Part shown: piece after piece, positions 1 to 9,621 of the stretch
Numbering within the stretch: position 1 is the stretch's first letter
Layout: each line of letters starts with the position of its first letter
Assembly (NCBI GenBank): GCA_963976765.1
Contig: CAXBME010000001.1
Span: 62,001-126,000, forward strand
From: an uncultured Planctomycetaceae bacterium
Lineage (GTDB): Bacteria; Planctomycetota; Planctomycetia; Planctomycetales; Planctomycetaceae
Reading direction: 5' to 3'
DNA: 64,000 nucleotides
Translations under genes and position numbers: made by a program
Notes under the pieces: model-generated
What the model was told of the DNA's origin: nothing
Databases searched by the model: none
Seen by the model: only the letters and a program-made list of their open reading frames with translations

Positions 1-1310
1 GCGGCGAAATCGGCCTGAGTGCGAGGTGACTCGGCGGGATAGGCGGCGGAGTTGTCGGAAGCCCCGTAGATTGTTCCGGGGCGGATACCGGCTCCTGCCA
101 ACGCGAGGGAGTACACCCAGGGCCAATGGTCTCGACCGGCGTTCTTATTGATCGTTGGGGTGCGACCGAACTCGGCGTTTACGACGACCAGGGTTTCGTC
201 GAGCAGGCCTCGCTCTTTCAGGTCGGTAAACAGACCATGAAGTGCTGCATCCAGCGTCGGGGCCAGTGACTCTTTCATCTTCTTGAAGTTGCCGCTGTGT
301 GTGTCCCAGGATCCGCTGGGAGTGTGGCAATAGCTGACGTTGACCATCGGGACACCTGCTTCGATGAGCCGCCGAGCCAGCACGCAACGTTGGCCAAACT
401 CTGTCCAGCCGTAAGTGTCCCGAAGCGATCGTGGTTCGTCGGCCAGGTCAAACGCCCGTCTCGTTGCCGGAGAACTGAGCAGCGAAAACGCTCGTTGATA
501 GAACGTGTCGAGGTTCGCTGCCGATGCTGAGTTGTCGATGGATTGGCGCTGGCCATCGATTTCACGCAGCAGCGACTGACGGGAACCGACTCGGCTGGCC
601 GTGAGTTCTGTTGATGGTTCGATCGCCTCGATTCGGACATCTTCTTTCAGCAGTTTCTGGTCAACAGCGAAGTGACCATGCCTCGCGCCGAGAAAGCCCG
701 GCAACTGACCGTGCAGAGTTGTTCCATTGCTTCTTCGCATTAACGGTCCGAGCCGCACCCACGACGGTAGACTGCCCGTTGCAGGTCGCAGGTGATCAAG
801 AACGGCTCCAAAGGCAGGGAAGTCGCTCGCGGCTGGCGGAAAGTCTGTTTGTGGAGTGCCGGGCGGATGTTTGTGTCCGGTGCCGGCGGGGAGACTTGCT
901 GTCACGTGATTTGGATTATCGTGCGACATCGACCGGATGATGGCCATCTGCTCGGCGATCGTCGCCGAACGAGGTAGCAGTTCTGAAAACTGAACGCCGG
1001 GCAGACTGGTGGAGATCGCTCCGAACTCACCCTTCACAGCGGACGGTCCGTTTGGTTTTGGGTCAAACGTCTCCTGCTGCGGATGACCACCGTGCAGATA
1101 GAGCATGATCACGCCGCGAACTCTGCCAAAGCTCCCGCCAGCCGTGGCAGCATTTGCCCGACGACGCAATAGCTCGGGAAGCGTCAGTCCGATGCCGAAT
1201 GCGCTTCCCGCCCGCAGGGCCGAACGCCTCGTGATTGCAGAAATACTTTGGAAACCTGAGCAGCCGTCTGCCGTTGGAACGCTGGTTGCCGAGTTGTCTG
1301 GAAACGTCAT
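1..1310 (-). CDS. DUF1501 domain protein (planctomycete family), runs off the left window edge
   Basis: Not in the ORF track because there is no stop inside the window. Manual minus-strand translation gives a Tat-like TRRSALRAG, then VIMLYLHGGHPQQETFDPKP, and near the edge DLKERGLLDETLVVVNAEFGRTPTINKNAGRDHWP, typical DUF1501 motifs. ATG at 1310 (alternative 1322). Confidence 0.88.
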   Translation of the reverse strand, partial: MTFPDNSATSVPTADGCSGFQSISAITRRSALRAGSAFGIGLTLPELLRRRANAATAGGSFGRVRGVIMLYLHGGHPQQETFDPKPNGPSAVKGEFGAISTSLPGVQFSELLPRSATIAEQMAIIRSMSHDNPNHVTASLPAGTGHKHPPGTPQTDFPPAASDFPAFGAVLDHLRPATGSLPSWVRLGPLMRRSNGTTLHGQLPGFLGARHGHFAVDQKLLKEDVRIEAIEPSTELTASRVGSRQSLLREIDGQRQSIDNSASAANLDTFYQRAFSLLSSPATRRAFDLADEPRSLRDTYGWTEFGQRCVLARRLIEAGVPMVNVSYCHTPSGSWDTHSGNFKKMKESLAPTLDAALHGLFTDLKERGLLDETLVVVNAEFGRTPTINKNAGRDHWPWVYSLALAGAGIRPGTIYGASDNSAAYPAESPRTQADFA

Positions 1311-1394
1311 CCGAATCCCCATTTTTAACGAGAGATCAGAAGCGTCAGTCTGCCAGCAATTGCGACATGAGTAAAGGTGACCGAGTGACGGCGA

Positions 1395-2159
1395 TCAGTT
1401 CAGGCCGACACTGACGACTCGGTCGAGCCCGATCGAAACGCCCTGGACAAACAGTCTGTCCTGCGCTCCGTCTGCCGCGACGATTGCTCTCCCGCTGAGA
1501 ACCTGGCCGTCTCTTGTCACCGCCTGCACGTTCTTGCCTTCGACATCTTTCAGCGACAGGACGTTTTTGACCTTACTGGCGTCAATTTCGGAGGACTGAA
1601 CGTCTCCCGAATTATCGACGGTTTCAAAGATCAGAAACTCTTTGCCGTCACGGTTCACGACGCCTCGAACGGTGCCGAGTTCCGTTGCTCCGCTACCAAT
1701 GTCGGCGGCAACCAGCTCACCGACATACGACTGAGAACTGTTCACAGAAACGACACGACTGATCGGCACGTCCACGCCGTTGATACCGACAAACGTCTCA
1801 CCGCCAGCCAGGAACGCTCGGTCCACGACGCCGACTGTCGAATCATCAAGTGTCACCGTCTGCCCGATGTAAGATGCACCGACCGAAAGCTTCTGCCCGA
1901 AATCAGTCTCACTTTTCTCCAGCGACGTCGCGACTTTTTTGAGTGTGTCGCTCAGCTCGATGTTCGACGTCAGGCCCTGCATTGTGGCGAGCTGGTTCAG
2001 AATCTCGGCGTTGTCGACCGGTTCAGTCGGATCCTGATTCTGCAACTGAGCGATCAGCAACGTCAGAAAGTCGTCAGCTGTCAGCGAGTTGAAACCTGTC
2101 TTGCCAGGTTCCACGGTGTTAGCAGCGGCGGCTCCGATTCCAGAAGAAATGGCACTCAT
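1395..2159 (-). CDS. flgD: Flagellar hook capping protein FlgD with extended C-terminus
   Basis: DDFLTLLIAQLQNQDPTEPVDN signature; directly downstream of fliK. Confidence 0.95.
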   Translation of the reverse strand: MSAISSGIGAAAANTVEPGKTGFNSLTADDFLTLLIAQLQNQDPTEPVDNAEILNQLATMQGLTSNIELSDTLKKVATSLEKSETDFGQKLSVGASYIGQTVTLDDSTVGVVDRAFLAGGETFVGINGVDVPISRVVSVNSSQSYVGELVAADIGSGATELGTVRGVVNRDGKEFLIFETVDNSGDVQSSEIDASKVKNVLSLKDVEGKNVQAVTRDGQVLSGRAIVAADGAQDRLFVQGVSIGLDRVVSVGLN

Positions 2160-2234
2160 GTCAGACTCTTTCTGATTCCGATTTCGTGACGAATCTGTTG
2201 GCTGTGAAATTGCTTACTCAGCCAGACGGAGGCG

Positions 2235-5180
2235 TCATAACTTGATGTCGAGTTGTTTTTGAGCGTCGCTGTCGGATGCTGCTTCCGGAGCTGGACGTCC
2301 ATGCTCGTGTTGCTCGCGTCGTTGATTCTGCTCGCGCCGCTGGTTCTGCTCACGCTGCTGGTTCTGCTGATCGCGAGCCTGCTGATTCGAAGACTGTCGT
2401 TCCTGTCGAGACTGCTGTTCGCCCTGTTGAGACTGTCCATGTTCCTGCCGGCCTGCTTCCGTTCGAGTTTCGGTGAGCACGACTTCGATGCGATCAACGC
2501 TCGTGCCTGACTGGTTCAGCGATCGTTGAAGATCAGGCAGCGTGTCCATCACCGCGACGCGAGCCGCTGCCGAATCGACTTCGAGTCGCGCGACGATACC
2601 GTTGTCTGTCCGTGAAACATCCACCAGCATGGTGCCAAGTTCACGAGGGTTCAGGCGAACTCGAATATGGCTGTCGCCACTGGTCGCTTCCTGAATTGCT
2701 GACACAGCATCCTGAATTTCCATCGGGACAGCCGGCTCACGAACAGCGCCTGACGATGGAGATCCGTTCGGCGCAGCCGATGCCGAAGATGTCGTCGTGC
2801 CCTGGCTGTTTGAAACGACGACTCCATCGGTGGCTGGCGCTTCGAGCGGAGCCGACGAAAGCGACACGCTGCCGACATCTGTCGCGGGTACCGGCGAGGT
2901 GACAACAGCGTCTGCCGGTGCATCGTTCACTGGCCCCGATTGGCTCGTCACAGCCGCGGCTGTCTGCTTTGTCGAAGAGTCTGAAGTGACGCCCACGTTG
3001 CTGACAGGCTGAGTCTCAGGGGAGTTACCCATTGACGCTTCAACTGAGACTCTGTCACGTACAGCCGGCCGGGCGTTTCCTTCTGCCCGGTCGATCACTT
3101 GGGCTTCTGGTGTTCTGGCAGTGTCCTGCTCACCAGAATGTCCGGGCGATGGCGGTGCTGAATTTTGCACTGCAACCTGCTCTGCGACTACGGGACGATC
3201 AGGATTTGCTGGCGGGACGTCGACTCTGCCGATGCTGCTTTCAGGCTCGCCAGTTTCGACTGATGGCGTAGTGGCACGTTCGTTCGGTCGTTCATTCAGC
3301 GGCTCGATCGACGCTGTATCAATACCGAAGGGGCTCACTGCTTCTGCCGACGTTTCTGCGATCTGGGAAGGTTGACGGAGGCTTGTTTCAGACGAACGGG
3401 ACTCGATCAGCGATGACTCGCTGGTTTCTGAACCGTCGGCGGCTCCGCTGGTATCAGTCCGTTTTTCAACCACCTTGCCGGTCGGCGCAGAAGGCAGGGC
3501 AGAAACTGTCGCAACTTCCGCTCCTTGTGAATCATCACGCCGCTCGGTCCTGGTCTGAGTGCCGCGATTTGTCACCGCATCGTGCATCTCAATCTGTTGA
3601 GAAACCGGTTGCTCGTTGCCGGTACTTTCTCGCGATGAAGCTGTGGTTCCATCGTCGCTGATTTCCGTGCGGGCCGCAGCATCAGAACTCTCGATCGTTT
3701 GACCGCTTTCAACGCTCGTCGATTCGGCGTCGGGTTTCACTGTTTGTGAGATACGCGCTGTTTCAATCACGTTCTGCTCGACCACAACCTGCTGAGCGAC
3801 CGGAGCCGCCTGCACCTCTCCAGTGCCTGGTACACGAAGGCTGGGTTGATGGCTTGCCGAATCCGCATCATCCGCAGAAGCTCGAGTAACAGCGTTTCGT
3901 ATGCTCGGCGATTGGTTGTCTGAGTGATGAACCTCGGCAATCGAAGATTTTTCTGCGTGCTGCTTTAAACCGGAAGCGAGCGACGGAAGCACCAGCGGTC
4001 GCTCCTCGCCATCCGCTCCTGTGATCGGTGGGGCATCGTCTGCTGGCACGTGCGAAGCTGTTTCCGGCTGTTCCGCGTTCGTTGACGGAACCTCGGTCGT
4101 CGATCCTGAACGCACAATAGATGGTTCAGAAACCGCCTGAATCCCTTTGAAAGGTCCTTCATTAAGGTTGGTCGCAGAAACTGGAACGTGCTGATTCGCT
4201 GCGGCGTTCGTAACTGGCGGCTCTGCTGGCAAACTCAAAATGGTTTCCGGACGCAGCGACGGAAGCGTGGGGATGGCCAGCAAATCTTCTGCAGCATCTG
4301 GCGAACTGACCTCAGTCGCTGGCGAATGATCGGCGCCAGCGACAATCAGTGAAGGGTCTGTGGCGGTAAAGCGAGAGTCGATCGACACAGACGCATTGTC
4401 AGCGACCAGCGCGTCGTTGAGAAGCGGGCTAAGTTCGCCTTCACCGTTCAGCGATTCCAGATTCGCCGCCAGGATGGCCTGCAACGCGTCGTCATCAGTC
4501 CGGCCGCTTTGCGTGTCGGTCGGAGTCAGTTCAACCGAAAACTGGCTGACCGAAACATCGTCCAGCGGAAGTCGATTCAGTGACGGAAGTGTTCCGAAAT
4601 TCGTATCGTCAGTCGCGAAGAAACTGGGGACTGCGAGGTCAGCTGCCGGATTTGACGTCTCGTTGACGACAGCTTCATTCTGAGTTGAACGGGCCGTTGC
4701 TTGATTCGCCGTTGAATGGTCCGCCGGATCAATTCGGCGAATCTGTTTCGAAGATTCCCGGAGCACTGGTTGCGGTTGCAATTCCTCATTCTGTCCGCCG
4801 CCTTTGGAATCAGTCTCAATCGTTGCATTCGGTCGTGGCGGGCCATTGCTGGTCGAACGCGCCGAGTCGCGAGCACTTGCGGGCTGCTGAATCCTGCCAC
4901 GGCCCGAAGCTTCTGGCGACGCAGTCCTCTGCTGGCCTCCGTTCTCCTGCCGCTGTGAAACCGTTGAGGTCACAGGTTCAGCCGGTACCTTGCTGGACGT
5001 GCCTGCTGGTCGTCTTTCTCCTGCGGATGGAGCTGGCTGATCAGACGAGCGATCGCGCAGCGCCTTCTCAAACGACTCCCTGTTCAGCAGATTGTCAGAG
5101 AGACTCTTATCAGGAACCGACGGAGCATCCGCCGCGTTGCGGCTGGTGGATGTTTTCGCGGTAAAAAACTCAGGAATCAT
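2235..5180 (-). CDS. fliK: Flagellar hook-length control protein FliK (981 aa)
   Basis: Long low-complexity S/T/A/P/E-rich region plus C-terminal IRVRLNPRELGTMLVDV...L.DLQRSL domain and Q-rich tail; position between the fliJ region and flgD. Confidence 0.9.
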   Translation of the reverse strand: MIPEFFTAKTSTSRNAADAPSVPDKSLSDNLLNRESFEKALRDRSSDQPAPSAGERRPAGTSSKVPAEPVTSTVSQRQENGGQQRTASPEASGRGRIQQPASARDSARSTSNGPPRPNATIETDSKGGGQNEELQPQPVLRESSKQIRRIDPADHSTANQATARSTQNEAVVNETSNPAADLAVPSFFATDDTNFGTLPSLNRLPLDDVSVSQFSVELTPTDTQSGRTDDDALQAILAANLESLNGEGELSPLLNDALVADNASVSIDSRFTATDPSLIVAGADHSPATEVSSPDAAEDLLAIPTLPSLRPETILSLPAEPPVTNAAANQHVPVSATNLNEGPFKGIQAVSEPSIVRSGSTTEVPSTNAEQPETASHVPADDAPPITGADGEERPLVLPSLASGLKQHAEKSSIAEVHHSDNQSPSIRNAVTRASADDADSASHQPSLRVPGTGEVQAAPVAQQVVVEQNVIETARISQTVKPDAESTSVESGQTIESSDAAARTEISDDGTTASSRESTGNEQPVSQQIEMHDAVTNRGTQTRTERRDDSQGAEVATVSALPSAPTGKVVEKRTDTSGAADGSETSESSLIESRSSETSLRQPSQIAETSAEAVSPFGIDTASIEPLNERPNERATTPSVETGEPESSIGRVDVPPANPDRPVVAEQVAVQNSAPPSPGHSGEQDTARTPEAQVIDRAEGNARPAVRDRVSVEASMGNSPETQPVSNVGVTSDSSTKQTAAAVTSQSGPVNDAPADAVVTSPVPATDVGSVSLSSAPLEAPATDGVVVSNSQGTTTSSASAAPNGSPSSGAVREPAVPMEIQDAVSAIQEATSGDSHIRVRLNPRELGTMLVDVSRTDNGIVARLEVDSAAARVAVMDTLPDLQRSLNQSGTSVDRIEVVLTETRTEAGRQEHGQSQQGEQQSRQERQSSNQQARDQQNQQREQNQRREQNQRREQHEHGRPAPEAASDSDAQKQLDIKL
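2311..2364. repeat. 3 x 18-bp imperfect tandem repeat in the fliK 3' end (Q/R/E/N-rich hexapeptide repeats)
   Basis: tgctcgcgtcgttgattc / tgctcgcgccgctggttc / tgctcacgctgctggttc. Confidence 0.75.
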
Positions 5181-5806
5181 TTCGCCGTTCCCTTTTTCAC
5201 TTCCTCAGTTTCTCCGCGAGTAATTGCCTGAAAGATCTGCTGCCCTCGCTCAATCTGGTCGCGATCGCCCTCAGCAAACGCCGCGAGAAATTTGGCGATC
5301 GTCTTCTCCGGCATTCCTTCCATCAGCAGAATGTTCTCTTCCAGAGTCAGCTTTAAAAGCTGTGCAACCGCCATTTCTGTGTCTGATGCCAGCAGCACGG
5401 CGATCGATTTCTGGATTCCGTCGGCCGCCTTTTTGGCCTGCCGATCTTTCTGTTCCTTGTCGAAACGTTCGCGATTAGCGATCAGGTCGTCCTGCTCGGT
5501 CAGAACTTTCCTTCGCTGATCAGCCAGCAGACCGTTGAATATGGCAGACTCATTCTCGCGTTCTTCCAGATGCAGAATCGCGATGGCGCGAGTTCTGGCA
5601 ACGTCTTCGACGCTGACGACCGGAGCCTCTTTCGCCAGTTCCTGTTCTTCGGTCAGCGCGGCGGGATCTGAGAGGATGACGCGGATTTCTCGAATGGCAT
5701 CTGGATTAAGTCGGCCCTGAGACCACAGCAGACCACCAGCCAGACCTTCAGCCAGGAGTGCCAGTACGGCCACCGAGGAAATCGCTGTGAATGCGAGTTT
5801 TGCCAT
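5177..5806 (-). CDS. MotE/FlbB/YlxF/FlgY-like flagellar protein (N-terminal TM, coiled coil, helical C-terminal domain)
   Basis: Hydrophobic N-terminus, coiled-coil middle, LLMEGMPEKTIAKFLAAF C-terminal motif; located between fliJ and fliK, the known position of ylxF-type genes. Start could be 5827. Confidence 0.7.
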   Translation of the reverse strand: MAKLAFTAISSVAVLALLAEGLAGGLLWSQGRLNPDAIREIRVILSDPAALTEEQELAKEAPVVSVEDVARTRAIAILHLEERENESAIFNGLLADQRRKVLTEQDDLIANRERFDKEQKDRQAKKAADGIQKSIAVLLASDTEMAVAQLLKLTLEENILLMEGMPEKTIAKFLAAFAEGDRDQIERGQQIFQAITRGETEEVKKGTAK

Positions 5807-5845
5807 GATTCCGCTTCCTTGCGGCAACCTGATTACGAAATCCGT

Positions 5846-6283
5846 TTACCAGTTCCAGTTAGCCGATTGCCACTGCTCGCTGAGTTCGATCTCTGTTCGC
5901 TTTTGCTCAAGCGACGTTTCTTCTTCAACGTGTTTTTCGCGAAGTCGTTCCAGAGCTTTCACTTCCTGATCGGCTTTCACCAGAACGATTCGCATCTGCT
6001 CAACGACCTGTTTCGCCTGAACCAGTTGCTCAGCGACGACCATCAGTTGAATTTCCAGCTGCCCGGTGAAGTAACGTCGCCTTGCTGCCGCTTCGACGTT
6101 GACAACTTCCGACCGTGCGAAGCCTGCCAGTTCAGACAATTGTTGATTCTTCTGCCGATTGATTCCTGCCTGATGTTCGATCAGTGTCTGCTCGTCACTG
6201 ATCGCCGATGCCAGCGCATTCCTGGCATCCAGCCGCTGATGCCTGCGGTATTCCAGAACTTTGTCGAGTCGAAACGGTTTCAT
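5846..6283 (-). CDS. fliJ: Flagellar export protein FliJ
   Basis: MKPFRLDKVLEYR start, coiled coil, KALERLREK and EQKRTEIE motifs; follows fliI. Confidence 0.9.
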   Translation of the reverse strand: MKPFRLDKVLEYRRHQRLDARNALASAISDEQTLIEHQAGINRQKNQQLSELAGFARSEVVNVEAAARRRYFTGQLEIQLMVVAEQLVQAKQVVEQMRIVLVKADQEVKALERLREKHVEEETSLEQKRTEIELSEQWQSANWNW

Positions 6284-6316
6284 ACGTCAGCGTTCGCCTT
6301 CGAGTTGAGGAACTCG

Positions 6317-7672
6317 CTACCTCATTTGAGGAGTTGACTGTGGCACTACCCGTTGAGAATTCTGCAGCAGCTGGATGGCCGCTTGAGTCAACGCCGTTAA
6401 TGCCTGTTGAGTTTGTTCGAGTGTTGAATTCTCCAGCCGATCCTGAGTGAGGAACTCACGAATTGGTTCTGACAGTTGCAGAGCTGTGTCGACCAGAGGG
6501 TTTGTTCCGGCCCGATAGGCGCCGATCGAGACCAGATCCTGCGACTCTTTCCACGCCGCCAGGATTCGCCGCAACAAGGCTGCTGATTCAGTTTGCTCCG
6601 AAGTGACCACGTCGTTCATGGAGCGGCTGATGCTGGCCAGTGAGTCGATAGCCGGCCAATGATTTTCGTGAGCCAGCTTTCGGGAAAGGACCAGGTGCCC
6701 GTCCAGGATTCCTCGCACCGTGTCAGAAACTGGTTCGTTCGTGTCATCGCCTTCGACAAGGACGGTGTAAAAACCGGTGATACTTCCTTTATCGGTAAGT
6801 CCGCTCCGCTCAAGCAGCTTTGGAAGGATTGAAAAAACGCTGGGAGGGTAACCCCTCGTCGCAGGAGGCTCTCCCGCAGCCAGACCGATTTCACGCTGAG
6901 CCATTGCAAAGCGAGTCACGCTGTCCATCATCAGCAGAACATGGTTGCCGGCTGCCCGGAAATAGTCAGCGATCGCCGTGCCCAGCCAGGCGGCGCGGAT
7001 TCGCATCAGGGCCGGTTCGTCACTGGTGGCCACAACAACAACGCTGCGACGCAGCCCTTCTTCACCGAGTTCCTTTTCGACAAACTCGCGGACCTCGCGG
7101 CCCCGTTCGCCGACAAGCACAACCACATTGACGTCAGCTGAACTTCCGCGAGCCATCTGCCCCAGCAGAACGCTCTTGCCGACGCCGCTGCCGGCGAAAA
7201 TACCAAGCCTTTGGCCGAGTCCACAGGTCGTCAGTCCGTCGATGACCCGCAGCCCAGTCGCCAATGGCTGATCGATCCGCGGTCGATTCAACGCGGAAAC
7301 AGGTTCTCCATAAAGTCCGGTTCGTTGAGTCAGAATCGCTGGTGCTTTGCCATCGACGAACTGCCCCCGAGCGTTGATCACTCGCCCGAGCAGTGCGCTG
7401 CCGACTCGGACTGACGGCACAGAACAGGTCATCTCAACCTTGTTGCCACGCCGGATGCCGCGCAGATCTCCGAACGGAAGGACCAGCGTCTCGTCATCAG
7501 TGAACCCGACGACTTCCGCTTCGATACTCTGCTCGCCTTCCCGATGAATTCGACATCTTGCACCCAGCGGCGCCGGGAAATCATGAACGGCGGCGGCCAG
7601 ACCAGCGATCCGGCTGGTACTTCCAACAATTCGCGGCGCAAGCATTTGTCGAATGTGCTGAGAACGCCGCAT
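6317..7672 (-). CDS. fliI: Flagellar export ATPase FliI
   Basis: Walker A GIFAGSGVGKS, GERGREVREF, DSVTRFAMAQREIGL, GEPPATRGYPPS. Start placed at MRRSQH (7672); the ORF extends to 7750. Confidence 0.97.
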   Translation of the reverse strand: MRRSQHIRQMLAPRIVGSTSRIAGLAAAVHDFPAPLGARCRIHREGEQSIEAEVVGFTDDETLVLPFGDLRGIRRGNKVEMTCSVPSVRVGSALLGRVINARGQFVDGKAPAILTQRTGLYGEPVSALNRPRIDQPLATGLRVIDGLTTCGLGQRLGIFAGSGVGKSVLLGQMARGSSADVNVVVLVGERGREVREFVEKELGEEGLRRSVVVVATSDEPALMRIRAAWLGTAIADYFRAAGNHVLLMMDSVTRFAMAQREIGLAAGEPPATRGYPPSVFSILPKLLERSGLTDKGSITGFYTVLVEGDDTNEPVSDTVRGILDGHLVLSRKLAHENHWPAIDSLASISRSMNDVVTSEQTESAALLRRILAAWKESQDLVSIGAYRAGTNPLVDTALQLSEPIREFLTQDRLENSTLEQTQQALTALTQAAIQLLQNSQRVVPQSTPQMR

Positions 7673-7788
7673 GATTTCTCTGGTCCTGCTGAACTGCGTT
7701 TTAGTTGACGCCGACTGAAACAAAATCCGCATCGATTCGATTTTCAGCATCGGGAACGGCGTTGAGCCCGATGCTGCCTGCGACCGTC

Positions 7789-8502
7789 TTATTCCTGAAT
7801 GCCTTCGAGCAGTTCGTCCGAAATCCGCGTCAGCAATGTCTCGATCTGAGCGTCAATTTCACCGTGCTCCGTCACCACGATGCAGCCGCCCGGAGAAACC
7901 TTATCGTCTCCCAGCAGTTTGACTTCGATTCCTCGCGCGCTTTCACGGACGGCAACTCGAACACGGTCGCCGAGCGCTTCGAGATCGCGAGGATTCAATC
8001 GCAGCTCCAGCGATGTTTTTCCCACGGCAAGCTGCACGGCTTCCTGGACAACTCGTATCATCGCTTCGGGAGTCGCTTCGAAAGTACGACGAATCAGCTT
8101 TTCCGCAATGCCCGTTGACAGGTCGACCAGTTCGCGCTCCCACTCCGCCTGGCACTGGCTTCTCGCCGTGACGATCTCATCGAGAAGCTGCGACACCGCT
8201 GGCAGCACTGTGCTCAGACGCTGTTCGACCATTTCGTCGGCGAGTTGCTGGCTGCGTTGAGCGATCTCGGTTTCGGCCTGTTTCAGACCGTTTCGATACC
8301 CTTCGCTATGCCCGTCTGCCTGCGCCTTTCTGCGGATTTCTTCCGCCTGTTTTGTTGCGTTTTGAATCAGCTCTCGACATTCGACGCTGATCTGAGCTTT
8401 GTACGTGTCGCAGCGACTCTGAATATCTTCGAAGTTGAACGCAACGTTCGACGGCATTTCAGAGGCCGTGTGCCGTTTCATGATGCGAGGCGAGGTGGAC
8501 AT
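7789..8502 (-). CDS. fliH: Flagellar assembly protein FliH
   Basis: GxxxG repeats (ADGHSEGYRNG), LRLNPRDL, DDKVSPGGCIVVTEHGEIDA; between fliG and fliI. Confidence 0.93.
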   Translation of the reverse strand: MSTSPRIMKRHTASEMPSNVAFNFEDIQSRCDTYKAQISVECRELIQNATKQAEEIRRKAQADGHSEGYRNGLKQAETEIAQRSQQLADEMVEQRLSTVLPAVSQLLDEIVTARSQCQAEWERELVDLSTGIAEKLIRRTFEATPEAMIRVVQEAVQLAVGKTSLELRLNPRDLEALGDRVRVAVRESARGIEVKLLGDDKVSPGGCIVVTEHGEIDAQIETLLTRISDELLEGIQE

Positions 8503-8576
8503 CCAGGTCAGACAAGTCAGAGTAAAACGAGATTGAGGCCAGACGACGCTGTCTCTGTGAATGTGGTGTTGATTTA

Positions 8577-9569
8577 TCAGGAAACGAACTGGTCGCCGTC
8601 GCCGCTGGAAACGGTGATCGTCCCGGCTTCTTCCAGGCGTCGGACTGTGTCGACGATTTGCTGTTGAACACTTTCAACGTCACTGACTCGAACGGGGCCG
8701 AGGTATCCCATTTCTTCTTCGAGATTCTCTGCCGCTCGTTTCGAAAGATTACCGAGAATTTTGCCTTTAACTTCTGGCGACGCACCCTTGAGTGCCATGG
8801 CCCACTGACTGTTGTCAACTTCTTTGAGCAAGGCCTGAATACTCTTGTCGTCCAGCTTGGTGATGTCGTCAAAGACGAACATCAGCCGCTGAATTTCTTC
8901 GACAAGATCTTCCGAATCCTGCCCCATTGTATCGAGGATGTTTTTGCTGGTTGCGCGATCGGCAACGTTCAGGATCTGCGCAACCAGCGGCACTCCACCG
9001 ACCTGATCTGACTGCTGCCCGAACAGCGACGCCATGCGGGTTTTCAGACTGGCTTCGACCATTTCGACAAACTCGGGCGATGTCTGCTCCATGCTGGCGA
9101 CTCGGCGAATCACGTCGAGCTGCTTATCCGGAGGCAGGTCTTTCAGGATGTCTGCGGCGAGTCCTGTTGGAAGATTGGACATGATCAGAGCGATCGTTTG
9201 AGGCTGCTCTTCACGGATGAAGTTCAGAACGTCTTCAGCCTTGAACTTATGTAGAAATCCGAAGGGCACAGTCTTCAGCGAGTCTTTGATGTTCTTAATA
9301 ATATCGTTGGCTTCTTCTTCGCCGATCGATTGCGAAAGCAGTTCGCCAGCCAGATCGAGACTTCCACGTTCAATCACCGTCCGAGAGTCAATCGCTTCGC
9401 GGAACGTGTTAATTGCTTCTTCCTGCTCCGCTTTCGTGACGTCGTCAGTACGCGCAATTTCCATACTCACCAGCTCCATCAAGTGCTTGGGTAGATGATT
9501 CATCACCCGAGCAGCCTTGGGCTTGTCGAGACTCAGCAGGACGATTGCAGCTTTCTTCAGGTCGTTCAT
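8577..9569 (-). CDS. fliG: Flagellar motor switch protein FliG
   Basis: KAAIVLLSL, PFGFL, EQPQTIALIM, MFVFDDI, GPVRVSDVE motifs. Confidence 0.97.
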   Translation of the reverse strand: MNDLKKAAIVLLSLDKPKAARVMNHLPKHLMELVSMEIARTDDVTKAEQEEAINTFREAIDSRTVIERGSLDLAGELLSQSIGEEEANDIIKNIKDSLKTVPFGFLHKFKAEDVLNFIREEQPQTIALIMSNLPTGLAADILKDLPPDKQLDVIRRVASMEQTSPEFVEMVEASLKTRMASLFGQQSDQVGGVPLVAQILNVADRATSKNILDTMGQDSEDLVEEIQRLMFVFDDITKLDDKSIQALLKEVDNSQWAMALKGASPEVKGKILGNLSKRAAENLEEEMGYLGPVRVSDVESVQQQIVDTVRRLEEAGTITVSSGDGDQFVS

Positions 9570-9621
9570 CGACGCATTTCGTTTGAGTCAGTTTTTCTAG
9601 ATGTTTCTCGATGGAAAAAGA

